Shown: in pieces, positions 63,792 through 64,000 of the stretch
Position numbering within the stretch: position 1 is the stretch's first letter
Layout of the letters: each line of letters begins with the position of its first letter
Assembly (NCBI GenBank): GCA_963806225.1
Contig: CAWDXG010000002.1
Coordinates: forward strand, 1-64,000
Reading direction: 5' to 3'
Length of the DNA: 64,000 nt
From: an uncultured delta proteobacterium
Lineage (GTDB): Bacteria; Myxococcota_A; Polyangia; Polyangiales; Polyangiaceae
Translations under genes and position numbers: made by a program
Notes under the pieces: model-generated
What the model saw: the letters and a program-made list of their open reading frames with translations, nothing else
What the model was told of the DNA's origin: nothing
Databases searched by the model: none

Positions 63792-64000
63792 ATGCGCTGG
63801 ATTTTCCTCGCTGCGTCGCTGCTTTTCACCGCCTGCGGGGGCCAGCCGGAGGCGGCCACGACGCCCCGGCCGGACACCATCCACGTGGCGGGGGGCTTCA
63901 TCCGTGACGCGGACGGGAGGGCGGTCATCCTGCGCGGGGCGAATCTGGCCAACGCGCACAAGCAGTCGCCGTACTTCGGCTTCCAGCAGCCGCCAGACTA
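63792..64000 (+). CDS. Glycoside hydrolase family 5 (endoglycoceramidase-like) lipoprotein, 5' part only
   Basis: Manual translation: MRWIFLAASLLFTACGG...IHVAGGFIRDADGRAVILRGANL; runs off the window. Confidence 0.75.
   Translation, partial: MRWIFLAASLLFTACGGQPEAATTPRPDTIHVAGGFIRDADGRAVILRGANLANAHKQSPYFGFQQPPD

Overview
High-GC (roughly 70%) bacterial DNA, most likely from a myxobacterium (Myxococcota, Polyangiaceae-like). That call rests on two MYXO-CTERM-type C-terminal sorting signals, many Cys-rich and Gly/Thr-linker lipoproteins, and two Hanks-type Ser/Thr kinases. About 57 genes are present. Housekeeping genes: surE (partial), grxD-bolA, hemH, an SDR, pruA, an MCP, an L,D-transpeptidase, a beta-CASP MBL nuclease, a GldA/F/G-like ABC cluster, queG, cytochrome oxidase subunit III, htpG and a partial GH5 lipoprotein. 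Many others are uncharacterised envelope proteins. I found no rRNA, tRNA, CRISPR array, integrase or transposase. At least seven genes are frameshifted; the single shifts I resolved are extra bases, which looks like long-read consensus error. The most interesting region is about 17-23.5 kb. It holds a highly divergent RtcB-like RNA-ligase-fold protein, a Uma2 nuclease, a membrane-anchored PD-(D/E)xK protein, a 2x61-bp palindromic tandem repeat with a dense hairpin cluster, a diverged ~180-bp duplication and two gene remnants. Across the window, about a dozen genes have a TAnnnT hexamer 6-9 nt before the start codon (leaderless-type promoters), and two good sigma-54 promoters are visible. All family calls come from reading motifs by eye; no database search was run.
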